Origin: Candidatus Eiseniibacteriota bacterium
GTDB taxonomy: Bacteria > Eisenbacteria > RBG-16-71-46
Assembly: GCA_046327815.1 (NCBI GenBank)
Contig: JAXLXR010000015.1
Location: 28,073 to 92,072 of the forward strand
Direction of reading: 5' to 3'
Length of the DNA: 64,000 bases
Shown one piece after another: positions 9,473-18,926 of this stretch; within the stretch, counting starts at the first letter, position 1; every line of letters starts with the position of its first letter. A model generated the notes under the pieces. The model saw only the letters and a program-made list of their open reading frames with translations. It had not been told where the DNA came from and searched no databases. The translations under genes and the position numbers were made by a program.

Positions 9473-9877
9473 ATGCGCCGAATCTCCCTCCTGCTCGTGC
9501 TCGCCGCGCTGGCGCTCGTCGCGCTCGCCGGCTGCAGCACCCTGACGTTCGTGAAGCGCCGCCTGCCGCCGCCCACCGTGGGCGCAGACGGCGTGCTGTT
9601 CCGCTTCTACGCCCCGTCCGCGAAGGCCGTGCAGCTCGCGGGCAACTGGCCCGAGAACAACTGGCTCAGCGGCCAGGCGCAGTCGGGCGGGCTCAACATC
9701 GGGCTCATGAACGACGACGACCACGACGGAATCTGGACGCGCACCGAGAAGCTCCCGCCCGGCCGCTACCAGTACAAGTTCGTCGTGGACCAGGTGAACT
9801 GGAAGGAAGACCCGAACAACCCGAACCGCACCAACGACGGCTACGGCGGCAACAACTCGGTGCTGGACGTCCGATGA
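9473..9877 (+). CDS. Small lipoprotein consisting of a single CBM48 glycogen/starch-binding module
   Basis: Lipobox LAGC (MRRISLLLVLAALALVALAGCS). Then VLFRFYAPSAKAVQLAGNWPENNW...GIWTRTEKLPPGRYQYKFVVDQVNWKEDPNNP, a CBM48-type module. Shine-Dalgarno GGAGG upstream. Confidence 0.7.
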   Translation: MRRISLLLVLAALALVALAGCSTLTFVKRRLPPPTVGADGVLFRFYAPSAKAVQLAGNWPENNWLSGQAQSGGLNIGLMNDDDHDGIWTRTEKLPPGRYQYKFVVDQVNWKEDPNNPNRTNDGYGGNNSVLDVR

Positions 9878-10728
9878 ACGCACTGCGACGGCTGCTCCCG
9901 CTCCTGTGTCTCGCCGGCCTCGTACTGCTCGCCGGCTGCGGCAAGAACCTGCCCACGAGTTCGATCGTCCCGACCGGCTACCGCCCGGGCACGCCTCCCG
10001 GCGCGATCGCCGGCTCGATCCTGTACGACACGACGACCTACGACATGCCCGGCGCACCCTACCCGCCCGTGCGCATCGAACTGCACACGTTCCACCACGA
10101 CACGCTCGGGCCGCTGGTCGCGTCGAGCAGCAGCGGCGGCGCGAACCGCGGTTTCGCGTTCACCGGGCTCATGCCCGACAGCTACATGGTGCAGCTCAAG
10201 GCGCACGGCTTCGCCGCGCGCGACTTCGGGCCGTTCCGCGTCGAACTCGACCCCATCGCGGCCGGCGCGGTGTTCCTGCCCGCGCAGTCCGAATCGCTGC
10301 CCGCGATCACGTTCGTGATCGGCACCATGCCGGGATTCTCGGTGGACGACGCGTTCGGCACCTTCGCGACGAGCATGTACCAGGATCCGCTCGGCCTGTG
10401 GAAGTACCCGGACTTCCTGTTCGGCTACACGTCCATCGCCGCGGGCACGTACCGCTTCAAGTTCGTCACCGACTTCTCCTCCACCCCGACGCACCTGATC
10501 GGCTGGGGCGGTGATTCCACGATCACCTACGTGGCGCCCGTGACGAACCAGCCGGTGCGCTTCGCCTCCGGCCCCGCCGAGGACATCAAGGTCACGTTCC
10601 CCTCGTCCGGCAACTGGGACTTCCAGTTCGACGAACGCCGGCTCACCTTCAGCATCACGCCCGCCCCGCCCGTGCCCGCGCTCGCGGCACGTACGGCCCG
10701 TGCGGTGCGCACGAGGATCGTCCGATGA
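9874..10728 (+). CDS. Lipoprotein with a CarboxypepD_reg-like N-terminal domain and a CBM-like C-terminal half; SusE/SusF-like in organisation only
   Basis: ATGA overlap with the upstream gene. Lipobox LLAGCG. Segment GAIAGSILYDT...VRIELHT...FAFTGLMPDSYMVQLKAHGFAARD resembles carboxypeptidase-regulatory-like domains. The C-terminal GTYRFKFVTDF...LIGWGGD is reminiscent of starch-binding modules. Function is inferred from context. Confidence 0.55.
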   Translation: MNALRRLLPLLCLAGLVLLAGCGKNLPTSSIVPTGYRPGTPPGAIAGSILYDTTTYDMPGAPYPPVRIELHTFHHDTLGPLVASSSSGGANRGFAFTGLMPDSYMVQLKAHGFAARDFGPFRVELDPIAAGAVFLPAQSESLPAITFVIGTMPGFSVDDAFGTFATSMYQDPLGLWKYPDFLFGYTSIAAGTYRFKFVTDFSSTPTHLIGWGGDSTITYVAPVTNQPVRFASGPAEDIKVTFPSSGNWDFQFDERRLTFSITPAPPVPALAARTARAVRTRIVR

Positions 10729-12140
10729 AGATCACGCTCCGTACCCTCTGTGCCCTGCTCCTCACCACCGCGCTCAGCGGCTGCGCCGGCGGCTGGCGTG
10801 GTGGCGTGGCCCCCGCGGCGTGGGACACCGCAGCGCCCGTGGCGGCGGCCGCGCCCGCCGCGAAGGCGAAGGCGAACGGCAAGGCGACCGCGGTCACCGA
10901 GTCCGGTGTGCAGTTCGTGTACGCGGGCGAGGCGTCCAGCGTGAACGTGGCCGGTGAGTTCAACAGCTGGTCCACGTCGGCCGACCCCATGCAGAAGCAG
11001 GCGAACGGCACGTGGACGCTGACCAAGGCGCTCGCGCCGGGCCGCTACCAGTACAAGTTCGTGCTCAACGGCGGCGACTGGAAGGCGGACGACAACGCGC
11101 CCGAGTTCGCGGACGACGGCTACGGCGGCAAGAACTCGCTCGTCGTGGTGACCGGCGCCGCGGTCGCGGCTGCGGCGGCGAAGCCCGCGGCGGCGGGCGG
11201 TCCGGCGGTGAGCGGCGACGGCGTCACGTTCCGCTACACGGGCACGGGCGGCAGCGTGAACGTGGCCGGCGAGTTCAACAGCTGGTCCACCAGCGCCGAC
11301 CCCATGAAGAAGCAGGCCGACGGCACGTGGACGCTGACCAAGGCGCTCGCCCCCGGCCGTTACCAGTACAAGTTCGTCGTGGACGGCACCAACTGGAAGC
11401 AGGACGACGCCGCGGCCGAGTTCGTGGACGACGGTTACGGCGGCAAGAACTCGCTCGTCGTGGTCGGCGGCACCGCGGCGGCGGCTCCGGCGGCTCCTGC
11501 CGCGGCGGCCGCGCCCGCCGCGAGCGGCGACGGCGTCACGTTCCGCTACAAGGGCCCGGGCGGCAGCGTGAACCTGGCCGGCGAGTTCAACAGCTGGTCC
11601 ACCAGCGCCGACCCCATGAAGAAGCAGGCCGACGGCACGTGGACGCTCACCAAGGCGCTCGCGCCCGGCCGCTACCCGTACAAGTTCGTCGTGGACGGCA
11701 CCAACTGGAAGTCCGACGACGCGGCCACCGAGTTCGTGGACGACGGCTACGGCGGCAAGAACTCGGTCGTCGTGGTCGGCGGCGGCGCGGCCGCCGCACC
11801 CGCGGCTTCCGCCGCCAGGCCCGCCGGTGCGGTGAAGCCGCTCGCCGCGGGCGTGAAGCCGCAGGCGCCTCGCGTCACCGCCGCCGGCGTGGTGTTCACG
11901 TTCGCGGGCAGCGCGCGCACCGGTGTGTCGGTGTGCGGCGACTTCAACAGCTGGGGCGTCACGGTGAACAAGATGACGCAGAACGCCGACGGCTCGTGGA
12001 CCGCGACGGTCAAGATGCCGCCCGGCAGCTACGCGTACAAGTTCCTCGTGGACGGCACCACCTGGAAGCAGGACGAAGGCAATCCCGCCACGGCCGACGA
12101 CGGCTTCGGCGGCAAGAACTCGATCATCGTCGTGAAGTGA
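10725..12140 (+). CDS. Lipoprotein with four tandem CBM48 glycogen/starch-binding modules
   Basis: Lipobox LSGCAG. Four ~100-aa repeats each read ...V.F.Y.G.GGSVNVAGEFNSWSTSADPM.KQADGTWTLTKALAPGRYQYKFVVDG.NWK.DDAA.EFVDDGYGGKNS.VVV. Repeats 2 and 3 are nearly identical. Repeats are separated by Ala/Pro-rich linkers. Confidence 0.75.
   Translation: MKITLRTLCALLLTTALSGCAGGWRGGVAPAAWDTAAPVAAAAPAAKAKANGKATAVTESGVQFVYAGEASSVNVAGEFNSWSTSADPMQKQANGTWTLTKALAPGRYQYKFVLNGGDWKADDNAPEFADDGYGGKNSLVVVTGAAVAAAAAKPAAAGGPAVSGDGVTFRYTGTGGSVNVAGEFNSWSTSADPMKKQADGTWTLTKALAPGRYQYKFVVDGTNWKQDDAAAEFVDDGYGGKNSLVVVGGTAAAAPAAPAAAAAPAASGDGVTFRYKGPGGSVNLAGEFNSWSTSADPMKKQADGTWTLTKALAPGRYPYKFVVDGTNWKSDDAATEFVDDGYGGKNSVVVVGGGAAAAPAASAARPAGAVKPLAAGVKPQAPRVTAAGVVFTFAGSARTGVSVCGDFNSWGVTVNKMTQNADGSWTATVKMPPGSYAYKFLVDGTTWKQDEGNPATADDGFGGKNSIIVVK
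10956..11890 (+). repeat. Intragenic tandem DNA repeats, three units of ~312-315 bp, encoding the CBM48 modules of the 4xCBM48 lipoprotein
   Basis: The string gagttcaacagctggtccac... recurs at ~10956, ~11271 and ~11583. Units 2 and 3 are near-identical at DNA level. A fourth, diverged module follows at 11890..12120. Confidence 0.7.
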
Positions 12141-12144
12141 TCCG

Positions 12145-12176
12145 GCGCCGGGGCCCCGCGGCCCCGGCGCTTTTCG
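12145..12176 (+). terminator. Rho-independent terminator after the 4xCBM48 lipoprotein gene
   Basis: Perfect 10-bp GC stem GCGCCGGGGC / GCCCCGGCGC with a 6-nt loop, immediately followed by TTTTCG, 5 nt after the stop codon. Confidence 0.7.
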
Positions 12177-12231
12177 CTGCCCCCCGGCGTCCGGGCCGCA
12201 CCGGCGCCACCGCACAACAGAGGAGAGTGTC

Positions 12232-14886
12232 ATGTCCCTCCGCACGCCCATCGCGCGCGTCGCGCTCGCGGCCACGCTGGCCTGCGCCGCGCTGCTTTCG
12301 GCCGCGCTGCCCGCCTGGGCCACCAAGGTCACGTTCCGCTACCAGCCCGTCATCGGTGGCGTCTCCCGGGTGAGCGTCGCCGGCAGCTTCAACGGCTGGA
12401 AGGCGGACGCCAACCCGATGACGGACCCGGACAAGGACGGCGTCTGGTCCGCGGACATCGAGATCCCGGCGGGCCGGGTGCAGTACAAGTTCGTGGTCAA
12501 CGGCGACCAGTGGATGACCGACGAGAACGCCGCGGAGTTCGAAAGCGACGGGCTCGGCGGCCAGAACAGCGTGCTGGTCGTGACCGACAAGCCGGTGATC
12601 GCGGGTTACGGCACCACCGTGAAGAAGGCTCCGCCGGTGAAGGCCGGGATGCGTCGCGTGACGTTCTCGTTCAAGCCGGACAAGAAGCCCGATGCGCTGT
12701 GCGTGGCCGGCGCGTTCAACGACTGGACCGTGGGCAAGACGCCCATGACCGATCCCGACGGCGACGGCACGTACACGACCACGCTCCTGCTCGCCCCGGG
12801 CAGCTACCCGTACAAGTTCGTGATCGGCTCCAGCGGCTGGACGCAGGACAAGGCCGGGCAGGATTCCGAGATCGACGACGGCTTCGGCGGCAAGAACTCG
12901 ATCCGCGTCGTGGACGAGCGCTTCCCCTCGCTCGAAGTGAAGCGCGGCGACGGCAAGCTGTTCCCGGACGGCATCGAGCACACGCAGAGCGCGAACGAAG
13001 TGAACGCGCTGGGCGGCGGCCGCGTGCAGTTCACCGCGCGCGCGCACCTCGACGACGTGGACGGCGTGGACCTGGTCACGTGGGGTCCGGCCGAGACCAT
13101 CACCACCATGCATCGCGCGAACACGGACAAGGTGTTCGAGTACTTCCGCGCCGAGGTCAAGCTGCCCGCCGGCAACGTGCCGTACGCGTTCCGCTACCGC
13201 GACGGCACGAAGACGTGGTGGCTGGGCGCGAAGGGCGTGACCGAGGCGGCGCCCGAGAAGTTCACGTTCGACCCCGCGCGCTTCCCGGCGTTCACGACGC
13301 CCGACTGGGTGCGCAACGGCGTCATCTACCAGGTGTTCCCGGACCGCTTCCGCAACGGCAACCCGGCGAACGATCCCGACTTCAAGGAGTGGTACTACGA
13401 AGGCAAGCGCACGCTGCCGGCGAGCGGCGTGCTGAACACCGACTTCCAGGAGTACTACCACCTCGTCCGGAACTGGAACGACTACGCGGCGCTCACGCAG
13501 GCGCCCCACACGCCGGACCACCGTGACTGGATGGCGTTCTACGGCGGCGACATCGAGGGCGTGCGCCAGAAGCTCGACTACCTCAAGTCGCTCGGCGTCA
13601 CGATCCTCTACTTCAACCCGATCTTCGAGGCGAAGTCCACGCACAAGTACGACGCCGCGGACTACCGCAAGATCGATCCGCACTTCGGCACGAACGCCGA
13701 GTTCGTCACGTTCGTGAAGGAAGCGCACGCCAAGGGCATCAAGATCATCCTCGACATCGTCTACAACCACTCGGGCAACTCGAACTTCGCGTTCCGCGAC
13801 GCCGTGCAGAACGGCGAATCGAGCCCGTACTGGAAGTGGTACGAGTTCCGCCGCTGGCCGCTTCCCGCCGGCTGGCCGTCGCCCGCGACGAGCTGGAAGC
13901 CCTCCGACTACTACGCGTGCTGGTGGAACTTCGGCGACCTGCCCGACCTCGACTTCGACCTGTCGCGCGACGACAAGGCCGAAATCCCGATCAAGGACGT
14001 CAAGGACGCGCAGCCGAACATCGGGCTCGTGAACTACCTGCTCGACGCGACCACGTACTGGCTGCGCGACGCCGACGTGGACGGCGTGCGCCTCGACGTG
14101 CCGAACGAAGTTCCGTTCTGGTTCTGGAAGCTGTTCAACCAGCGCGTCAAGACTGTGAAGCCCGACGCCTACATCGTGGGCGAACTCTGGGGCAACGCGT
14201 CCGACTACGTCCGCCCGGGCGTGTACGACGCCGTCATGAACTACGCGTTCTTCCGCGACCCGGTACTCAAGTTCCTCGGCATGGGCCAGGGCACGGCCGC
14301 GGAGTTCGACGCCTCGCTCTCGACGGGACGGCTCACCTACCCGATGCAGGCCGTCGAAGTGCAGATGAACCTGATCGACAGCCACGACACGGTGCGGTTC
14401 CTCACGCAGGTCGGCGGCAACACGTCGCGGCTGATGCTCGCGGCGCTGTTCCAGATGACCTACGTGGGCGCGCCGGCGATCTACTACGGCGACGAGATCG
14501 CCATGGAAGGCCAGCGCGATCCCGACTGCCGGCGGCCGTTCGTGTGGGACTGGGAGAAGGACCCGAAGCGCGTCGCGATGCACGCGTGGTACACGAAGCT
14601 CGCGAACCTGCGGCTCGGCCACTCCGCGCTGCGCGCGGGCGAGTTCGTCACGCGCAAGGCCGAGGGCATGACCTACCTGTACTCGCGCACGGGCGGCGGC
14701 GAAGAGTTCCTCGTCGCGATCAACGCCGGGCGTTCGCCGCAGAACGTGGCGCTCGACCTGGGCCCGTGGGGCGGCAAGGTGACCGCCGTGGACGCGCTCG
14801 AGGGCGGCGCGCCGCAGGCCTGGACGGGCACCGCCACGATCACGCTCGCGCCGGAGAGCGGCCGGATCTTCCAGCTGACGCGCTGA
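12232..14886 (+). CDS. GH13-family alpha-amylase / neopullulanase-like glucanase with two N-terminal CBM48 modules
   Basis: Signal peptide MSLRTPIARVALAATLACAALLSAALPAWA. Two CBM48-type modules: VTFRYQP...SVAGSFNGWKADANPM...VQYKFVVNGDQWMTDEN and RVTFSFKPDK...VAGAFNDWTVGKTPM...YPYKFVIGSSGWTQDK. Then GH13 catalytic signatures VIYQVFPDRFRNGN, GGDIEG...LDYLKSLGVTILYFNPIF, KIILDIVYNHSG, DGVRLDVPNEV, IVGELWGN and NLIDSHDTVRF. Confidence 0.9.
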   Translation: MSLRTPIARVALAATLACAALLSAALPAWATKVTFRYQPVIGGVSRVSVAGSFNGWKADANPMTDPDKDGVWSADIEIPAGRVQYKFVVNGDQWMTDENAAEFESDGLGGQNSVLVVTDKPVIAGYGTTVKKAPPVKAGMRRVTFSFKPDKKPDALCVAGAFNDWTVGKTPMTDPDGDGTYTTTLLLAPGSYPYKFVIGSSGWTQDKAGQDSEIDDGFGGKNSIRVVDERFPSLEVKRGDGKLFPDGIEHTQSANEVNALGGGRVQFTARAHLDDVDGVDLVTWGPAETITTMHRANTDKVFEYFRAEVKLPAGNVPYAFRYRDGTKTWWLGAKGVTEAAPEKFTFDPARFPAFTTPDWVRNGVIYQVFPDRFRNGNPANDPDFKEWYYEGKRTLPASGVLNTDFQEYYHLVRNWNDYAALTQAPHTPDHRDWMAFYGGDIEGVRQKLDYLKSLGVTILYFNPIFEAKSTHKYDAADYRKIDPHFGTNAEFVTFVKEAHAKGIKIILDIVYNHSGNSNFAFRDAVQNGESSPYWKWYEFRRWPLPAGWPSPATSWKPSDYYACWWNFGDLPDLDFDLSRDDKAEIPIKDVKDAQPNIGLVNYLLDATTYWLRDADVDGVRLDVPNEVPFWFWKLFNQRVKTVKPDAYIVGELWGNASDYVRPGVYDAVMNYAFFRDPVLKFLGMGQGTAAEFDASLSTGRLTYPMQAVEVQMNLIDSHDTVRFLTQVGGNTSRLMLAALFQMTYVGAPAIYYGDEIAMEGQRDPDCRRPFVWDWEKDPKRVAMHAWYTKLANLRLGHSALRAGEFVTRKAEGMTYLYSRTGGGEEFLVAINAGRSPQNVALDLGPWGGKVTAVDALEGGAPQAWTGTATITLAPESGRIFQLTR

Positions 14887-14928
14887 CCCGGCCGCCGGGG
14901 TGCCGCACCCGCCCGGCGGTACGAAATG

Positions 14929-14960
14929 AAGGCCCCGTCACCTCGCGGTGACGGGGCCTT
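14929..14960. terminator. Bidirectional hairpin terminator between the convergent amylase (+) and MalK-like (-) genes
   Basis: Perfect 11-bp stem GGCCCCGTCAC / GTGACGGGGCC with a 6-nt loop. On the minus strand it is followed by TTCATTTCG; on the plus strand the U-tract (TT) is weak. A second GC hairpin CCGCCGGG...CCCGGCGG at 14892..14919 sits right after the amylase stop. Confidence 0.6.
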
Positions 14961-14987
14961 CGCATGCGTGCGTCCGGGCTGCTTGCT

Positions 14988-16088
<1,101 letters not shown>

Positions 16089-16242
16089 GGTCGTGTCCGG
16101 GCCGGAAAGAGAAGGGCGCGAAGCGTTGCGCGAAGCGCGGCGACCGTACTCCGTCGGAGCGCGCACCCGCAACCCTCCGCACCCCGTCCGGCGGTGCGAC
16201 CATGAAACGATTTTCAGCCCCGCCGGAGACCGACGGCGGCGG

Positions 16243-16884
16243 TCAGTGCGCCGCCTTCTGCGCCTTCTTGCCGAAAAGCGTCACGCCGACGTACAGCGCC
16301 AGCATGACGGCCGCCGCCACGAAGATCAGCAGCAGCTTCGCCTTCAGCGCGTGCACCAGCGCATCCGGGTCCTGCAGGAGTTGCGGCTCGCCGCCGAGCA
16401 CCTCGGCGCCGAACCACGCGAGCACCCACGACCAGAGGAACGACCCGGTCAGCGTGGCGAGCGAGAAGTTGCGGAAGTTCATGCGCGCCGCGCCCGCGGG
16501 CAGCGACACGAGGTGGCGCACCACCGGGAGGAGCCGGGCGAAGAACACGCCGCCGACCGAGAACCGGTTGATCCACTCCTCGGCGAGCAGCCACTTCTTC
16601 TCGGGCACGAACACGAACTTGCCGTACTTCAGGATCAGCGGGCGGCCGAGCCAGCGCGCGACCCAGTACGAGATCGTGGACCCGAACCAGGACCCGAACG
16701 TCGAGGCGAGCACGACCCCCCAGAAGCTCATGTGACCCTGCTGCGCCCAGTACGCGGCGGGCGGCACGACGATCTCGCTCGGCAGCGGGAACACGGTGGA
16801 CTCGACGGCCATCATGAGGAAGACGCCGCCGTAGCCCCAGTCGAGGGAGATCTTCATCCACGTCGCGAACAACTGGTGGAACAT
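16243..16884 (-). CDS. DedA / SNARE-associated (VTT-domain) family inner-membrane protein
   Basis: Real start MFHQLFATWMKISLDWGYGGVFLMMAVESTVFPLPSE is internal to track ORF 16243..17706. Hydrophobic, about five predicted TM segments. Motif ...ESTVFP.PSE.. and F/G/W-rich loops are typical of DedA. Confidence 0.75.
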   Translation of the reverse strand: MFHQLFATWMKISLDWGYGGVFLMMAVESTVFPLPSEIVVPPAAYWAQQGHMSFWGVVLASTFGSWFGSTISYWVARWLGRPLILKYGKFVFVPEKKWLLAEEWINRFSVGGVFFARLLPVVRHLVSLPAGAARMNFRNFSLATLTGSFLWSWVLAWFGAEVLGGEPQLLQDPDALVHALKAKLLLIFVAAAVMLALYVGVTLFGKKAQKAAH

Positions 16885-16904
16885 CGTGGCTCCTGTGGGA
16901 AGGA

Positions 16905-17780
16905 TCAGGCCTCGCCCGCCGCGATGCGGTCGGTCCAGGCGAAGTCGTGGCCCTCGCGCGCGGGACGCGCGAACGCCGTTTCGGGATCGTGCTCGAGACA
17001 GACCCAGGCGTTTTCGGCCGCGGCACGGTCGAGCAACGCACGTTTCTCGGCCATGGTCTCGATCACGGCCATGTCGTAGCCCATCACGAACGGGATGCGC
17101 ACGTGCGCGGCCGTCGGGATCAGGTCGGCCACGTAGTAGACCGCCTGCCCGCCGCCTTCGACGCGCACCAGCTGCTGGCCGCGGGTATGCCCTTCGGCCG
17201 TCAGGATCTCGACGCCGGGCCACGGCCGGTGGGCGCCCTCCCAGAACTCGAGCACCCCGGCCTCGGCCAGCGGATCGAAGTTCTCCCGCAGGTACGAGGC
17301 CCGCTCGCGCGGGTTGGGGTCGTGGGCGTTGTCCCAGTTGCGGCGCTGCACGTACCAGCGCGCGTTCGGCACGCGCGGCACCAGCCGGTCGCCGTCGCGC
17401 TTCGTGGAACCTCCGGCATGGTCGAAATGCAGGTGCGTGAGCACGACGTCGGTCACGGTGTCGATCGGGTGCCCGGCGGCGACGAGCGACGCCTCGAGCA
17501 GGGGCTCGTCCTCGACCCGGAAGATGTCGCGGAACTTCGCGTCGTTCTTGTCGCCCAGCCCCACGTCCACGAGCACCTTGCGGCCGTGGCCCACGAGCAG
17601 CAGGCAGCGCATGGCGAGCCGGATGCGGTTGCGCTCGTCGGGCGGGTTCGTGCGGCTCCAGAGCGGCTTCGGAACGGAGCCGAACATGGCGCCGCCGTCG
17701 AGCCACAGCGCGCCGGATTCGATCGTGTGCAGCGTCCAGTCACCAAGGTTCAGGGTCGGCATGGCGGGCAAGATGCGCAA
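16905..17780 (-). CDS. MBL-fold metallo-hydrolase
   Basis: Motif VVLTHLHFDHAGG (HxHxDH) plus downstream His/Asp ligands. An alternative start MPTLNL lies 18 nt downstream. Confidence 0.8.
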   Translation of the reverse strand: MRILPAMPTLNLGDWTLHTIESGALWLDGGAMFGSVPKPLWSRTNPPDERNRIRLAMRCLLLVGHGRKVLVDVGLGDKNDAKFRDIFRVEDEPLLEASLVAAGHPIDTVTDVVLTHLHFDHAGGSTKRDGDRLVPRVPNARWYVQRRNWDNAHDPNPRERASYLRENFDPLAEAGVLEFWEGAHRPWPGVEILTAEGHTRGQQLVRVEGGGQAVYYVADLIPTAAHVRIPFVMGYDMAVIETMAEKRALLDRAAAENAWVCLEHDPETAFARPAREGHDFAWTDRIAAGEA

Positions 17781-17806
17781 AGGGACGCGGGGCCGTCAAA
17801 CGATCA

Positions 17807-17832
17807 GGCGCCCGGCTCGGAAGCCGGGCGCC
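17807..17832 (-). terminator. Hairpin terminator downstream of the DUF4114-like secreted-protein gene
   Basis: Perfect 11-bp stem GGCGCCCGGCT / AGCCGGGCGCC with a CGGA loop, 45 nt past the stop at 17878. On the minus strand it is followed by TGATCGTTTG, a weak U-tract. Confidence 0.5.
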
Positions 17833-17877
17833 CGTCGAGGCGAGGGGCCTGTGAAGCGCGTCGCGAGCGCCGGAACG

Positions 17878-18645
17878 TCAGCGCGTGCGCTGAGTCTTCA
17901 GCTGGCCGAAGGTCAGCGTGCGGGCCGGCGTGGCGCCCAGCGCGGTGACCTGGAAGACGAGGTCGTTGAAGTCGTTGTCGGTACCCGAGCAGCAGGACGT
18001 CACCGGCGCGCCGGAATCCACGTCCTCGAAGCACACCAGCCAGGTGTTCGGGCCCTTCCACTGCGAGACGTCGAACACGAGCGCCTGGACGTCGCCGTCG
18101 TAGGGCACGTGCAGCGCGGTACCCGACGGGCCCTTGTCGTTGTAGAAGCGGTTCGTCCAGAACAGCTCCGGCTCGGGCGCGTTCGGGGCGCCGAGCGGAC
18201 CGTTCGGGTTCATGTAGAAACCGAACTTGGTCAGGCCGGCCGGGAACGTCACGAGCACGTTCGCGCCGCTGCTCTGGGCACCGTTGAAGATCAGGCCGTC
18301 GTCCACGCCGTCGATGACCGGCTTGGAGCCCGTCTCCTTGTACCAACCGATCGTGTTCTGGTTCGCATTGCCGGCCACTTCGGTGATCAGCAGCGCGGGG
18401 ATCTCACGTCCCACCCAGAACCACGGATCGAGGTCGCCGACGTGCGCGCCGACGTAGTCGGTCTGCACGTGGATGGCGCCCGGAATGCCGATGTAGGCGT
18501 CCACGATGTTCTGCAGCGTCTGGCTGGGAGCATCCCAGGTCGTGCCGAACGCGATCGGAACGGGCGAAGCCGCGTGGGCCGGCGGCACCGCAAGGGGCAG
18601 GGCGCACACGGACACGGCGAGAAACGCGGGAACAAGCCACCTCAT
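17878..18645 (-). CDS. Secreted hypothetical protein with a DUF4114-like C-terminal motif
   Basis: Signal peptide MRWLVPAFLAVSVCALPLAVPPAHA. C-terminal ...CFEDVDSGAPVTSCCSGTDNDFNDLVFQV resembles the D.DFND motif of DUF4114. No catalytic motif recognised. Confidence 0.55.
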   Translation of the reverse strand: MRWLVPAFLAVSVCALPLAVPPAHAASPVPIAFGTTWDAPSQTLQNIVDAYIGIPGAIHVQTDYVGAHVGDLDPWFWVGREIPALLITEVAGNANQNTIGWYKETGSKPVIDGVDDGLIFNGAQSSGANVLVTFPAGLTKFGFYMNPNGPLGAPNAPEPELFWTNRFYNDKGPSGTALHVPYDGDVQALVFDVSQWKGPNTWLVCFEDVDSGAPVTSCCSGTDNDFNDLVFQVTALGATPARTLTFGQLKTQRTR

Positions 18646-18850
18646 CGGCGGGTCTCCTCGGGAGCGAAGCAGAGTTGTCTGTGTCGGGGATACACCGGGG
18701 CAGCCGTGCCACCAGTGGCCTGCGCAGCAAGGGGGGGGCTACAAGGGCGCGCAGACGAACTGCTGTGACTTCACGATGATTAGTCTAGCATTCTCACGCG
18801 GACCGTCCGCAAGAAAAATCTTGCAAGACGAGCGGTGTCTCTTTCCCCAA

Positions 18851-18913
18851 CGGGGCATATGCCCCACATGCGAGCGGGGTCGGCGGCTATGGATGCCCCC
18901 GACCCCGCTCGCG
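18851..18913. other. Pair of GC-rich perfect inverted repeats in the lpdA / downstream-gene intergenic region
   Basis: A 14-bp perfect palindrome GGGGCATATGCCCC lies at ~18851..18866. A 14-bp inverted repeat GCGAGCGGGGTCGG ... CCGACCCCGCTCGC with a 15-nt spacer lies at ~18869..18913, immediately 3' of the lpdA stop at 18927 on the minus strand. No clean U-tract follows. Confidence 0.35.
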
Positions 18914-18926
18914 ATTCCGATTCATT

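Noticed and set aside
10956-11890. Possible CRISPR-like or VNTR array suggested by ~312-bp direct repeats
   Set aside because: The repeats are in-frame coding repeats of CBM48 modules with Ala/Pro linkers, far longer than CRISPR repeats. There are no spacers and no cas genes.
16089-16242. Possible terminator hairpin (CCGCCGG...CCGACGGCGG) after dedA
   Set aside because: The stem is imperfect with an 8-nt loop, and the following tract (AAAAUCGUUUC) is only weakly U-rich. Too weak to call.
16905-17780. Alternative shorter start (MPTLNL at 17762) for the MBL-fold hydrolase
   Set aside because: It cannot be distinguished from sequence alone. The longer track model is kept and the alternative is noted.
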